This document shows, piece after piece, positions 35,879-49,842 of a DNA stretch of 64,000 nt. Below the pieces are notes generated by a model. That model saw nothing but the letters and a program-made list of their open reading frames with translations, was not told the origin of the DNA and searched no databases. Origin of the DNA: Octopus vulgaris (Eukaryota); the NCBI GenBank assembly GCA_951406725.2, contig OX597835.1, forward strand, positions 22,754,001 to 22,818,000, given 5' to 3'. A program made the position numbers and the translations under genes. Numbering within the stretch: position 1 is the first letter of the stretch; each line of letters begins with the position of its first letter.

Positions 35879-37438
35879 GAGAAGGTGTAAATAATGGGCT
35901 TTATACATTTATTTATTTGTGCATTGTACACTTACAGTTGTTTCTGGTATATATTTTAGGTGCATACATAGTTTTGTTTACTTAATTGGTCAATTCATCG
36001 ATTGAAAAAAGTCTTCCGAGTTAGTACATGATATACTGACACTCTCTCTATCTCTCTCTCTCTCTGTATACACACACACACACTATTTCAAGGTAGATAA
36101 TGTTAAAACTTAGATAGATAAGTTAATTTTTATTAAACATAACTTGTCCTAGAACTTTTTGATACCTGCCTCATATATATGGCAGGCTTCTTTCAGTTTT
36201 CATCTGCCAAATCCACTCACAAGGGTTTTGATTGGCCTCGGGCTATGATGGCTATGACTGAACCTGAGACCATGTGATTGGGAAACAAACTTCTAACCCA
36301 CACAGCCAAGGGAAGTAACTCAAGTAGACCAATAGCATAAATTTAAGTGATTCAGTTTGGCATGTATATTGAATGTAGAGTGTGTATATTGTGTGTACGT
36401 TATGTTGTGTGAGTGTGTGTACTGTACTGTGTGTATGTGTGTGTGTGTGTATGTGCATGTAAGTTGAGTTGTGGTGTGTTGTATGTAGTATGTCATGTGT
36501 GTGTATGCATGTTATATATTGTGTATGTTGTTAGCATGTGTTTGTGTGTGTGTTGTGTGTATGTCTAAATCGTGTATGTTCCGTATGTCATAAATTGTAT
36601 GCACACACACACACACACACATGCATGCATATATATATACACACACACTCACATACATATGCACATGCACACACATACACACATTGTATGTGTTGTGCAT
36701 ATGTGTGTGAGCATGACAATTTGTGCTGACGTCAGCAGCAGCCACAACAATGGTGGTTATACGGTATGTTGTGTAGGCGGACGTCCATCCTACACATATT
36801 TTTAGGTGTTGCTGGGACACATATTCCTGGCAAATGTGGGTGTTATTGACAAGTGGTGGTAGTGGTGGTGGTGGTGGTGGTGGTAGTATCAATGAAAGAG
36901 GGAGAGAGAGAGAGAGAGAGAGGGAAGAAGACAAGGGATTCATCTTTTGGTTACATGTTTATGCTGTATGTAGATGTTATTGGATAGATTGATAATGATG
37001 GTGATGATGGTGATGGCGATGATAATGAGGATGGCGGTGTTGGTGGTGACAATAGAGAGAGAGAGAGAGAGAGAGAGAAAGATGGTGAAGGATTTGTCTC
37101 TTGGACATGTGATTCTAGTGTATGTGGGTGTTATCGGACAAACTGATTATGACGATGATGAAGAAGATGATGATGATGGTGCTGGTGGGAACAGTGGTGG
37201 CGGCGGCGGTGGTGGTGGCGGTGGCTGGTGGCGATGGTGGTGGCGGTGGTGGTGGTGGTGGTGGCAGTGTTACTGAGGGATGGTGTGAGAAGAAGTTGGG
37301 ACATGTTGTTGCTATATTTTAAATTTTAAATTAAAAATTTTTTTAGTTCCAGTCTAGCTTTCATTATAATCAAAACCATTCCAGATGTGACCATCACCAT
37401 TCCACCTTCTAAACAGATACTATCTATGTAATTTAAGA

Positions 37439-37602
37439 CAGTGATGGAAATTGGTTTTAAGTATTAGGGATACATTAAGCTCTATGAGGTTGAAGTTGGA
37501 AGGACTAGGGTAGGATGGACACCCTGAGTGTCCCTCACTCTCGTAGCATAGGCTCATAAGGGACCACTGAGCCCCTTGCTCACATCTCCATTTCCATCAC
37601 TG
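37439..37602. mobile_element. hAT-like MITE
   Basis: 13-bp TIR CAGTGATGGAAAT/ATTTCCATCACTG, with 8-bp flanks ATTTAAGA / ATCAAAGA. Confidence 0.65.
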
Positions 37603-37829
37603 ATCAAAGACCACATCATCCAATGTGATCTTTCAGGTATGACTGTGTGGGTTTGAGTTCAGTTCCATTGCGTGGCACAATAGGGAAGTGTCTTCTGGGC
37701 TGATCAAAGCCTTGTGACTGAATTTGGTTGGTGGAAACTGTGTGGAAGACTGTCGTGTGTGCATGTTCACATATATATATATATATATGTTTGTATGTGT
37801 GTGTCATGTGTTTATGTTTGTCTCCCACC

Positions 37830-38060
37830 TATTTCTTTACTACCCACAAGGGGCTAAACACAGAGAGGACAAGCAAGGACAGACAAACAGATTAAGTCGA
37901 TTATATCGACCCCAGTGCGTAACTGGTACTTATTTAATTGACCCCGAAAGGATGAAAGGCTAAGTCGACCTCGGCAGAATTTGAACTCAGAACATAGTGG
38001 CAGACGAAATACTGCTAAGCATTTCACCCGGTGTGCTAACGTTTCTGCCAGCTCGCCGCC
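37830..38060 (-). mobile_element. SINE family C, full length, inserted in a decayed family A SINE
   Basis: The minus strand starts GGCGGCGAGCTGGCAGAAACGTTAGC. Host SINE halves lie at about 37640-37829 and 38070-38240. Confidence 0.85.
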
Positions 38061-38762
38061 TGCATGATAACAGAGATTGGTTTATTTATGTGACCCTGTA
38101 ACTTAGCAGTCCAGCAAAAGAGATTGATAGAATAAGTACCAGACCTAAAACAAAACAAGTACTGGGGTTGATTCGTTTGACTCATCCTTTCAAGGTAGTG
38201 CTCCAGCATGGACGCAGTCCAATGACTGAGACAAGTAAAGGGTAACAGATAGTACTGGTGCAATTAAGATATATTTGGTTTGTTATTTCTAGCAAACTGA
38301 GTGACTACATAGAGGCAAGAACATCTTTCTAGCATTGTTGTTGATGTTGCTGCTGCAACCACATATTGTCGATGAGATAAATCCTTTCTACTGGAAGAGA
38401 TTAAGTTGATTACATCAACTCCAGTGCATGACTGGTACTTATTTAATCGACCCTGAAAGGATGAAAGGCAAAGTTAACCTCAGTGGAATTTGAACTCAGA
38501 GCATGAAAACAGACGAAATACCTCAAAGCATTTTACCTGGCATGCTAATGATTCTGCCAGCTCACTGCCCTTGCAGGGAGATAAATCACCTGCAATTACC
38601 TCTGCTGAGACTACCTGATCATATGATTTTGACCTTCCTAAACCTTGCCAATGGTAGTTGCTTGATTGCTGGAAATAGTAGTTGTATCTCTGCTAGCAAT
38701 ATACATAGAACCTCAGAACCTAATCAGACGTTGATGTCCCAAATCGCCAGTGGGCTAATTAA

Positions 38763-38983
38763 CCCTTTAGCATTTAAACCAGCCATATCCAGCCAAAAGT
38801 ATTCTGCCTGTTTTATGTTCAAACTGACCAGATCTGGTCTCTCACACAAACCCTACAATATTGTTTTAAAAATTAACAGCTACCTCATCAAAATCTCATC
38901 GCTACAAGATAATGCATGATTAGTTCAAAACAAAGTGGATGAAAAGGCATTAACTTTGGCAGAATAATGTAAACACTAAAGGG
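38763..38983 (+). mobile_element. piggyBac-like MITE
   Basis: TTAA|CCCTTTAG ... CTAAAGGG|TTAA. Same family as 55389-55836. Confidence 0.8.
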
Positions 38984-39292
38984 TTAAAATATAATCATTA
39001 GCAGCAGAAGCAGTATAAACATGAAAAGGAAATATTTATCCCCGTTTTTCAAAGTCATCAAAGGTTGAAATGTCTAGCTTTGTATCTATATTAAAAAGTG
39101 AACTCATAAAGTTTAGACTCTTGGGCATGAGTATAAATACTGTACCCTGTTGCCAAGCCATGTCAAGCCACTATGAGAGAGTAGGCTCATCAAAACAATA
39201 TGATCTCAAGTTCAAATTCACAGCCTCCATAACAGATCATAGCTGGTGGAGGCCTTCATGCTGAGGCCTTCATCCTGCAGTGGATTGAATAT

Positions 39293-39693
39293 ACTCTTTA
39301 CTTTTACTCTTTTACTTGTTTCAGTCATTTGACTGTGACCATGCTGGAGCACCGCCTTTAGTTGAGCAAATCGACCCCAGGATTTATTCTTTAAAAGCCT
39401 AGTACTTATTCTATCACTCCCTTTTGTCAAACTGCTAAGTTACGGGGATGTAAACACACCAGCATCAGTTGTCAAGCTATGTTGGGGGTACAAACACAAA
39501 CACATAAACATACACACACACATACATATATATACATATATACGACCGGCTTCTTTCAGTTTCCATCTACCAAATCCACTAAGGCTTCAGTCGGCCTGAG
39601 GCTATAGTAGAAGACACTTGCTGAAGGTGCCACGCTGTGGGAATGAACCCGGAACCATGTGGTTGGTAAGCAAGCTACATACCATACAGCCAC
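39293..39693 (-). mobile_element. SINE family A inserted in an older tandem duplication of about 150 bp (39199-39884)
   Basis: Flanks 39199-39292 plus 39697-39730 are repeated at 39751-39884. Confidence 0.85.
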
Positions 39694-39909
39694 TTATCCA
39701 GTCCATAAATTTAGACTGACAGTTGATTTTCGACAGGCTCAACAAACCAGTATGATCCCAAGCTCAAATTCACAGCCTCCATATCAGACCATGGTTGATG
39801 GAGAGAACATGCCGAGGCCTTCATTTCTGCAGTGGATTGAATATGGGCAATCCAGTCCATAAATTTCGACTGACAGTTGATTTTTGTCGGTTTAGCAATG
39901 ATTTATAGA

Positions 39910-40214
39910 TAAAAAAGCACCATCCGAACGTGGCTGTTGCCAGCGCCGCCTTGGCTGGCTTCTGTGCCGGTAGCACGTTAAAAGCTCCATCTGATCGTGG
40001 CCAATGCCAGACCCCCCTGGCACCTGTGCAGGTGGCACGTAAAAAGCACCCACTACACTCGCGGAGTGGTTGGCGTTAGGAAGGGCATCCAGCTGTAGAA
40101 ACTCTGCCAGATCAGACTGGGGCCTGGTGCAGCCCCTGGCTTCCCAGACCCCGGTCGAACCGTCCAACCCATGCTAGCGCGGAAAACGGACGTTAAACGA
40201 TGATGATGATGATG
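39910..40214 (+). mobile_element. RTE 3'-UTR copy (family B)
   Basis: Same UTR and (GAT)n tail. Confidence 0.85.
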
Positions 40215-41237
40215 AGTGCTAATATTAATTGTGTTTGTCCTAGATTACCGTAGTGTAGTAATGTTATTGGTGTTTGTAGCCTCTTCACATTCTAAAAATA
40301 CAATTACTTTGTTCTTTTTCTTATCTCAATGGATCACCATTGAAACCACTTCGTTCATTGCTCCAGGATTTGCTATTAAAATATTTCATGACTAGGTGTG
40401 TGCATGTGTGGTTGTTGGTGGGGGAAAGGGGTTCCATTGTGATGGCAGAAGTAGGGGCTCATAGTCGGTAGTTGTTGGTAATCTCAATAATGTGGTAAAG
40501 CAAGTCTTGTGTGAATGCGAGTATAATCTTCCTTTTTCTTTTTTTTTTTTTACATTTTACTTGTTTTTATCACTGGAGTGTGACCATGCTGGAGCACGTC
40601 CTGGAAAAGTTTAATCAAACAAAGCGATCCCAGTACATATTAATTTTTACTTATTCTGTTGGTCCCTTTTGCCAAACAAACAAAGCAACACCAGTTGTCG
40701 AGTGGTGGTGGTGGTGCTGGTGGTGGGAGACAAACAGAATACACACACATGAGACAGGGGTTTGAGTCCCAAGGGCATCCTTCAACTTTTCTATCCTAAA
40801 GGTTTCTTAACCCAATATGTACATGCTACTATTTATAGCTTTATCTGCTTCAAGATCCACCATTCCCAAAAACAAACAAAAAAGGAAAATATTTTACTTT
40901 CTCTCAAAGTTTATTAAAAGAAATTCTTATGACACCAATATACATATACTTGTGTGAACACGCTATCTTTAAGATAGCATGTTTTACTTTGGTTTGATAT
41001 CATTGTATCATATATTCCTATAGTGTATATGCAATAATATTCATATGGTATGCATGTGAGAAGAATGCTGGCAAAATATGCAGCATGAAGGAAGCTAGAA
41101 CATCAATATTGGAAAACATAAACTAGAGCTGAAAGATGAAAGGCAATTATGTTAAGATCATGCATTTATAAAGTAATGAAAAATTACTACCTAAAGACTA
41201 CCAATCAATAAGTTTATATATATATATATATATATAT

Positions 41238-41317
<80 letters not shown>

Positions 41318-41321
<4 letters not shown>

Positions 41322-41900
41322 CGTTAGGAAGGGCATCCAGCCGTAGAAACACTGCCAGATCTGACTGGGCCTGATGAAGCCTTCCGGCTTCACAGACCCC
41401 AGTTGAACCGTCCAACCCATGCTAGCATGGAAAACGGACGCTAAACGATGATGATGATGATGATGATGATGATATACAGGTGCAGGAGTGGCTGTGTAGT
41501 AAGTAGCTTGCTTACCAACCACATGGTCCCGAGTTCAGTCCCACTGCGTTGCAGCTTGGGCAAGTGTCTTCTGCTATAGCCCCGGGCCGACCAAAGCCTT
41601 GTGAGTGGATTTGGTAGAAGGAAACTGAAAGAAGCCTGTCATACATATATGTATATGTACATGTTTATATTTTTGTGTGTGTCTCTGTGCCTGTGTCTGT
41701 CCCCCACCATCACTGCTTGAGAACCGATGTTGGTGTGTTTATGTCCCTGTAACTTAGTGGTCCAGTAAGAGAGACCATTAGAATAAATACTAGGCTTACA
41801 AAGAATAAGTCATGGGGGTCAATTTCTTCAGCTGAAATCCTTTAAGGCAGTGCTCCAGCATGGCCACAGTCAAATGACTGAAACAAGTAAAAGAATAAGA
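41318..41900 (+). mobile_element. RTE 3' tip (41318-41472) followed by full-length SINE family A (41478-41900)
   Basis: Matches other copies. Confidence 0.88.
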
Positions 41901-42724
41901 GAAAAAAACCCATCCGTTTGTAAATAATTTTCTCAGAATATTCTAAATATTGAACTTTCTGTCTGTCAAGGTTAACTAAGATTACACAGGGTCACTGCTT
42001 CTGCTGTAACTACACCATCGCCAATGACAATGATAGCGATGATTAGCACGATGACAATTCGTTGTTTATAATTATATTTTTTTTCTCAGAAAAAATAGTC
42101 TCATGTCAATGTCCTTATCTCCTAATGTTGTTTGTTATTGAAAAATTGTCATTTCCCCAGTGCAGATTATTTTAAATTACATCATCAGTACCACCTGGGG
42201 CTGTGGTACGAAGGAACTGTAATGCGGAGAATAAAATATGGTTCACCTACCTCTCGTTGTTGGTTGTCCAGCTGTGTTCAGTCCAAACACCTGCCCTCCC
42301 ATCTCATCTAACGTTAGCAGCTGTTACTGTCAATGTCTGCTAGCTTGCTCCACTCACCATGACTGCCTTAGGCCAAAAGAGGATGACCCTGGTCTTGCTT
42401 CCTTCACTTCTTCTCTCCCCCTTCCTGTTCTGGTGGTACCCCTTGTCTGGGGGTACCCCTTGATGTCACAGCCCCTTCCTTCCAGTTCATCTCATCTCCA
42501 CAGGGCCTATTAGGTGAAAGGGGACAGGTTCAATAAGTACATCGATCATGAATGCAGAGGGTTAAGGAGGACACTGACTATTTACCAAACCCTTCCTTAA
42601 TCTTCTACAAGTCCTGTGTATCACAAGACATAATTTCCTTGGCATCCACACTCATATATACAACGCATATTGCCCATTTTTTCAACCACTAGAGTAACTT
42701 CGGACTTATGAAAGGAAACCTTTA

Positions 42725-43198
42725 CATCATCATCATCATCATTGTCGTTTAACGCCCGCTTCCCATGCTAGCATGGGTTGGACAATTTGACTGAGGTCTG
42801 GTGAACCAGATGGCTGCACCAGACTCCAATCTAATCTGGCAGAGTTTCTACAGCTGGATGCTCTTCCTAATGCCAACCACCCCGAGAGTGTAGTGGTGCT
42901 TTTACGTGCCACCAGCACGAGGGCCAGTCAGGTGGTAATGGCAACGGCCACGCTCAAATGGTGCTTTTTATGTGCCACCTGCACAGGAGCCATTCCAGTG
43001 GCACTGGCAACGACCTTGCTCGAATGTTTTTTCACGTGTCACCAGCACAAGTGCCAGTAAGGCGACGCAGGTAACAATCACGCTCGAATGGTATTTTTAA
43101 CATGCCATCGGCATGGAAGCCAGCTTGTTGCTTTGGCAACGATCTCACTCGTATGGTACTCTTAGCGCTCCACAGTCATCGAATTTGATTTTGATTTC
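42725..43198 (-). mobile_element. RTE 3'-UTR copy (family B)
   Basis: Colinear with 3093-3575. Confidence 0.85.
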
Positions 43199-43412
43199 GT
43201 GCTTTTCACAATCTGCTGGAGTAGCTGTCTTCCTCATAGGTTTACACACCATGATGTTAAAGAGAAGGAAGTCTTGAAATTAGGTCATTCCTCATTTTGT
43301 CCCGCCTTAGGCATTTTTCTTTTTTATATCGAAAATTATCAAATTAGACATTTGTGTGGGGAAAAAATTGACTTGGAATCTTACAGAAAAAAAATAGACT
43401 ATTGATTGTTAA

Positions 43413-43724
43413 CCCCTTACCCGGCAGAAACGAATATATGCGTTTTGACCGAAATCGTTTTTTTCTATCTCTGGCGAGTTAACTCGTCAAAAGATAGACT
43501 CACCAAAATCGACAGCAAATGAGTTCCTTCGTCTATTATAAACCCTTTTTTGACATATACGAGTATATTCGCTCACTGTATACGTCTGGCAGTGACAATG
43601 AGTCCTTTTGATTTTTTTTCTTTGTATATAAATGAAAGAGTTATAGAGCATGTATTGACTGAAACTAATAAAAAATATGTCTGAAAAAATACATTTATTT
43701 TCAAAATAATTGTTGGGTAAGGGG
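43413..43724. mobile_element. piggyBac-like MITE
   Basis: TTAA|CCCCTTACCCGGCA ... TGTTGGGTAAGGGG|TTAA. Confidence 0.8.
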
Positions 43725-44502
43725 TTAAACACCAAAAATTATCCAGATATTTTATTACTCACCTCAATTATAATCGGGTTCAAAGTTGAGGAAAAATTTC
43801 TTGAAAAAAAAAAAAATTACCCATCACCTACCAATGTTTCAAACTTCCTCAACTTCAACAACTATGCCAACCAACTTTTACTACCAAAGATGAGACAAAA
43901 GTATAAAATGATGATGAGACAATACTTGCATTTCAAACAGGTGCGAAGAAAACAAGAAATCCAAAGTTACTCATTTTCTCCAGTTACTCAGTTTGTGACC
44001 CCCCACCCACCTATTTTATTCTAATATTTTAGGTAAGTTCTTATATATTTAAGACATATTTGGCATATGTCCCAGTCATATATATTTGAACTAATCTAAG
44101 GTTCATTTTACACCATTGCTTCACTCATCACTCATTTTACATCACTCATTTTACCATTCATTTTACATCACTCATATTTTGCTTTTATTCATTCAGAATG
44201 TTGGCTTTCAACTACAAAATTTCACCTGGCTGCTTTCTGTCACCCAGGTATTTTATCAACAACAACGACAGTTCCATTAACTCCTAGAGGTTGGTATCGG
44301 CTATTTTAGGGACTTCTGAACTAATAAATACTTAACTTTTTCTTTAAGGCGATGTGATTCCAGGTAGATGTAAGGTCAACCAAAGACAGAGACTTTCACC
44401 TCTTCATTAATTAGAAGTACAGTTATTGTTGTTGTTTGGCCCTAAGATGGGTGACTACAACAACTACAAACACAGACACTCAAACATATACATACACATA
44501 CA

Positions 44503-44540
<38 letters not shown>

Positions 44541-44544
44541 TGTT

Positions 44545-44762
44545 GGATCGTTAGCCCCTACACGCAATTTTTTTCTCTTCTTGTTTCTTTTCTGTGTATC
44601 TTTCTGTCGAAGAGCATAGGCTCGAAACATAAAAGACTTGTTTTATTTCTATTCCTGAGCGCCATACTAATACATTGTTTGTTTGTACTCCACCTGCCTT
44701 CGTCTTTTGTTTATTTTCGTAAACCTGCCTTCGTCTTTTGTTTATTTTCGTAAACCTTCCCG
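44545..44762 (+). mobile_element. Dispersed Penelope-like terminal repeat with a hammerhead-like motif (44599-44636)
   Basis: UCUUU CUGUCGA A GAGC auag GCUC GAAAC AUA AAAGA, flanked by TA repeats, with an internal 31-bp duplication. Confidence 0.6.
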
Positions 44763-44779
44763 TTATATATACACATATA

Positions 44780-44946
44780 TACGACAGGCTTCTTTCAATT
44801 TCTGTCTTCCAAATCCACTCACAAGGTGCTTTGGTCAGCCCGAGGCTATATTAGAAAACACTTGCCCAAGGTGCCACGCAGTGAGACTGAACCCGGAACC
44901 ATGTGGTTGGTAAGCAAGCTACTTACCACACAGCCACTCCTGCACC
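44780..44946 (-). mobile_element. SINE family A 5' half
   Basis: Matches 255-419. Confidence 0.85.
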
Positions 44947-45380
44947 TAAATCATACAAAATTATAAATTTCAACAGAGGGGCCACAGATTTATAAGAGAG
45001 GAGAGATGCTGAAGTACTGTGATAATGGTGCACCTTTCTCAAGGGCATTAAAGGCAAAAAGTGAAGTGAAATGGTAGGAAAACAAAACCGGGTCAGGATA
45101 TATATATATATATAGTAAATTATTGATTAAAATTAGGTGATGGAGATAGGAAAAGCATAAGGCAGAATGTCTAAATATAAATATATAACTCTTGTTTTAC
45201 TGTATAGATTCTTCAGTGCTAGCCACTCCCCCGCTGGTTATGGAACTTCTTGGCAAGCAGCAATATATAAAAATATGTCGGTAACATACTGAAAGCTTAG
45301 TTTATAGTCCCTCCCACTCATATTTTTCTACTGGTATACATATACATGTGTGTATATGTATACATCTAATACTTCTGTGC

Positions 45381-45424
<44 letters not shown>

Positions 45425-45468
45425 AAACAAGTCAAAATAGAAAATGCTAAAATAATTTTATAAAGAAC

Positions 45469-45514
45469 ATTTCAGTACCGGTTTCGGTCATTTTGAGACC
45501 TTTTCAACTGTAAC
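45469..45514 (-). ncRNA. Minimal type I hammerhead ribozyme, U3-A8 core variant
   Basis: Minus strand: GUUaCAG UUGAAAA GGUC ucaaaau GACC GAAA CCGG UA CUGaAAU. All stems pair. It lies in a 200-bp island (45421-45625) between (TA)n tracts. Confidence 0.72.
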
Positions 45515-45624
45515 GATTAAATAATTAAATTTGGAAAAATTAAAAGAAAAGTTTTTTTAAAGGAATATTTGTATAGTGTTCAGATATAAGTGGCATTCTG
45601 CCTTTCTCTGTCTCCCTTGTTGCA

Positions 45625-45667
<43 letters not shown>

Positions 45668-45703
45668 AACATATGTCTGTGTGTGTATATGTATGTGTGT
45701 GTG

Positions 45704-45908
45704 TATGGTGTGTATATCATGTGTATATATATGTATATATATGTGTGTGTATATATATATATACATTTGTGTATATGTATACATAAAATACTTCTGTGCA
45801 TATATATATATATATATATCTGTATATTTGAATATATGTGTGTGTGTATATATATGAGTGTATATATGTATACATATGTGTGTATATATATGGTGTGTAT
45901 ATCATGTG

Positions 45909-45940
<32 letters not shown>

Positions 45941-46062
45941 TACATATGTGTATATGTATACATAAAATACTTCTGTGCATATATATATATATCTGTATAT
46001 TTGAATATATGTGTGTGTGTATATATATGAGTGTATATATGTATACATATGTGTGTATATAT
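45704..46062. repeat. Tandem duplication of an about 180-bp TA/TG-rich unit
   Basis: The anchors TATGGTGTGTATATCATG, ACATAAAATACTTCTGTGC and CTGTATATTTGAATA each occur twice in order. Confidence 0.8.
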
Positions 46063-46227
46063 ATGTGTATATATATATGTGTGCATACATGTGTATATGT
46101 ATATATATATGTATATGTGTGTGTGCGCACAAACAAATGCATACATATACATGTTTGTATGCATATAAATGCACACACAAAAACTTCTATGTGTATATAT
46201 ATATATTCATAATGATTTATGCATTCA

Positions 46228-46990
46228 TGGCACGTAACACGCATTATCCGAGTGTGAATGATGCCTGTTTTCCCTGACTGGCTCCTGTGCCAGTGGCACA
46301 TAAAAAGCATTATCCAAATGTAAATGATGCCAGGCCCACCTGACTGCCTCTTCTGTCAGTGATATGTAAAAAGCACCCGCTACACTCTCGGAGTGGTTGG
46401 CGTTAGGAAGGGCATCCAGCTGTAGAAACATTGCCAGATGAGTTTGGAGCCTGGTGCAGCCACTGGATTCCCAGACCTCAATCAAGCCATCCGATCCATG
46501 CCAACATGAGAAATAGACGTTAAACAGTGATGATGATGATGATGATGATGATGACACATGTATATATATATCTGTGTGTGTGTATGTGTATATGTGTAAA
46601 TGGCCATAGTAAATGACTGAAACAAGTAAAAGAGTTCTGGGTTCAGTTCCACTGTGTGGCACCTTGGGCAAGTGTCTTCTACTATAGCCTCGGGCCAACC
46701 AAATCCTTGTGAGTGGATTTTGTAGATGGAAACTGAAAGAAGCCTGTCATATATATATGTATGTATGTATATGTATGTGTGTATATTTTTGTGTGTGTGT
46801 TTTGTCCCCCCCTAACATCACTCGACAACCGATGCTGGTGTGTTTACATCCCTGTAACTTAGCAGTTTGGCAAAAAAGAACCAATAGAATAAGTACTAGG
46901 CTTATAAAGAATAAGTCCTGGGGGTCGATTTGCTTGACTAAAGGCGGTGCTCCAGCATGGCCACAGTCAAATGACTGAAACAAGTAAAAC
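46228..46990 (+). mobile_element. RTE 3'-UTR copy (46228-46553) and 5'-truncated SINE family A (46636-46990)
   Basis: Matches other copies. Confidence 0.82.
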
Positions 46991-47472
46991 AATTTAAAAA
47001 AATCAGAGAATATATTAGCTGATTATCCTGTTATTGCCAGGTAATTTTTCACAATGAAATACCTTGGCAGACTTTCGGAATAGCATACCTTCATAAATTT
47101 GATTTTCTCTGCTTTGATGGGAGTTTTTAATATTTTTTCCCCATTACAAAGGATGATTTTCTCTGTATATGCAGAGCTGAAACATTAGTATAACTATGAT
47201 GTCCTGGCGATCTGAAGCAGCTTGACTTCAATATCTGCATTGATTTTTAATTGAGCAGTTGTATTGTGCAATGTATAGCATGAATATTGATGTTAACAGG
47301 TAAGAAATTTTATTAAACACTGAAATTGTTTTACATGATGAAGGCTGAGAAATGGCCATAATCCTTTGGGTATCAAGTGATTAATAAATATATTCTCCTC
47401 TCATACCTCCTGACTTTTTATAATCCTTGTACTTCTGTCTCTGTCTGCCTGTCTGTCTATATTGATTGATTA

Positions 47473-48064
<592 letters not shown>

Positions 48065-48097
48065 AACATTCGTTTTCCATGCTGGCATGGGTTAGAT

Positions 48098-48853
48098 CAG
48101 GGGTTCTTAACCATTTTTTCTCTGTGGACCTCTTTTGATTACTATTTTATTCTGGTGGATCCCAAAAGCCATTTGATGTTTAAAAATTAGTTTTGTTGAA
48201 GCTTCTTTCAAAATTCTTATCTTGCTTTCAACTCATGTAAGTTGAACTATGTAAAGTGTCAGAGGAAGAAACCCAGCTGTTTCTTGCAATACATACCAAT
48301 ACGAGATACATACTCTTTACTCTTTATTCTTTTACTTGTTTCAGTCATTTGACTGCGGCCATGCTGGAGCACCGCCTTTAATCGAGCAACTCGACCCCGG
48401 GACTTATTCTTTTTTGTAAGCCCAGTACTTATTCTATCGGTCTCTTTTGCCGAACTGCTAAGTAACGGGGACATAAACACACCAGCATCAGTTGTCAAGC
48501 AATGCTAGGGGGACAAACACAGACACACAAACACACACATGCATATATATATATATATATATATACATATATATGACGGGCTTCTTTCAGTTTCCGTCAA
48601 CCAAATCCACTCACAAGGCTTTGGTCGGCCTGAGGCTATAGTAGAAGACACTCGCCCAAGGTGCCACGCAGTGGGTCTGAACCCGGAACCATGTGGTTGG
48701 TAAACAAGCTACTTACCACACAGCCACTCCTGCCACTCATCTAACACAAAATTTTTTTCAGAGGCCCCTAAAATATTGTTATGGATCTCCAATTTAATAT
48801 TTTGTTGTGTGGACCTCCAAAAATCTTATATGGACCCTTGTTGAGAATCACTG
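48098..48853. mobile_element. hAT-like MITE containing a full-length SINE family A (48312-48733, -)
   Basis: Termini CAGGGGTTCTTAAC / GTTGAGAATCACTG, with perfect 8-bp TSD GGTTAGAT at 48090-97 and 48854-61. Confidence 0.82.
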
Positions 48854-48861
48854 GGTTAGAT

Positions 48862-49220
48862 CATCATCATCATCATCATCGTTTAACGTCCGTTCTCCAT
48901 GCTAGCATGGGTTGGACGGTTCGACCGGGGATCTGGGAAGCCAGAGGCTGCACCAGGCTCCAGTCTTATCTGGCAATGTTTCTACAGCTGGATGCCCTTC
49001 CTAACGCCAACCACTCCATGAGTGTAGTGGGTGCTTTTTACGTGCCACCTGCACAGGTGCCAGGCGAGGCTGGCAACGGCCACGGTCGGATTGGTGTATT
49101 TTACGTGCCACCTGCACGGAGGCCAGTCGAGGCGGCGCTGGCATCGGCCACGAGTCGGATAGTGCTTTTTACGTACCACCAGACCAAGGATCCTGGCTGG
49201 TTCAATTCGATTTCGATTTG
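48862..49220 (-). mobile_element. RTE 3'-UTR copy (family B)
   Basis: (CAT)n followed by CGTTTAACGTCCG... Confidence 0.85.
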
Positions 49221-49784
49221 GTTTGATAATAACCAGCCTATGAGATCCTGTCAACAACCATAATGAAAATGATCATGATAGACACACACACACATATAGA
49301 GGAAGGTGTCTAGTTGAAACACATCTCAAAAGAATTACTCATTAGGGAGAACATTTAATTTGAAATGTCCTTATATGCTGATAGGGCAGATTGCAATGTC
49401 AAACAAACGAAAAACTGAAAGAAAATAAACATACGAATCAGCAATTATAAGCTTTTTGCCTATCAGACATTAAAACAGAAGCAACAGCTTAACGGTTGTA
49501 CAGAATATTTTTTTTTTGTTCCCTCCTGACCAAAATACTATCATCAAATAAACTGTCTGCCGTTCCTGATTGATATAATTATATAATGCTACTTAAGAAG
49601 ATTATAGGCTCTACATGAGTGCATGTGTCGATTAATGAGTGTTTATGACTGCTTAGGGTGCCATTTCATATCTGTGTATGTGTATGCGAGTGATTGAATG
49701 ATGAATGATTTTAATCTGCATTTTGTTGAAAAATGTGTATGTATGTGTATGTTTTTGAATGCAAGTATGTATCTAGTCATATGC

Positions 49785-49842
<58 letters not shown>

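Noticed and set aside
36974-37322. Gly/Asp-rich ORFs
   Set aside because: (GAT)n/(GGT)n/(GA)n simple repeats with no supporting gene structure.
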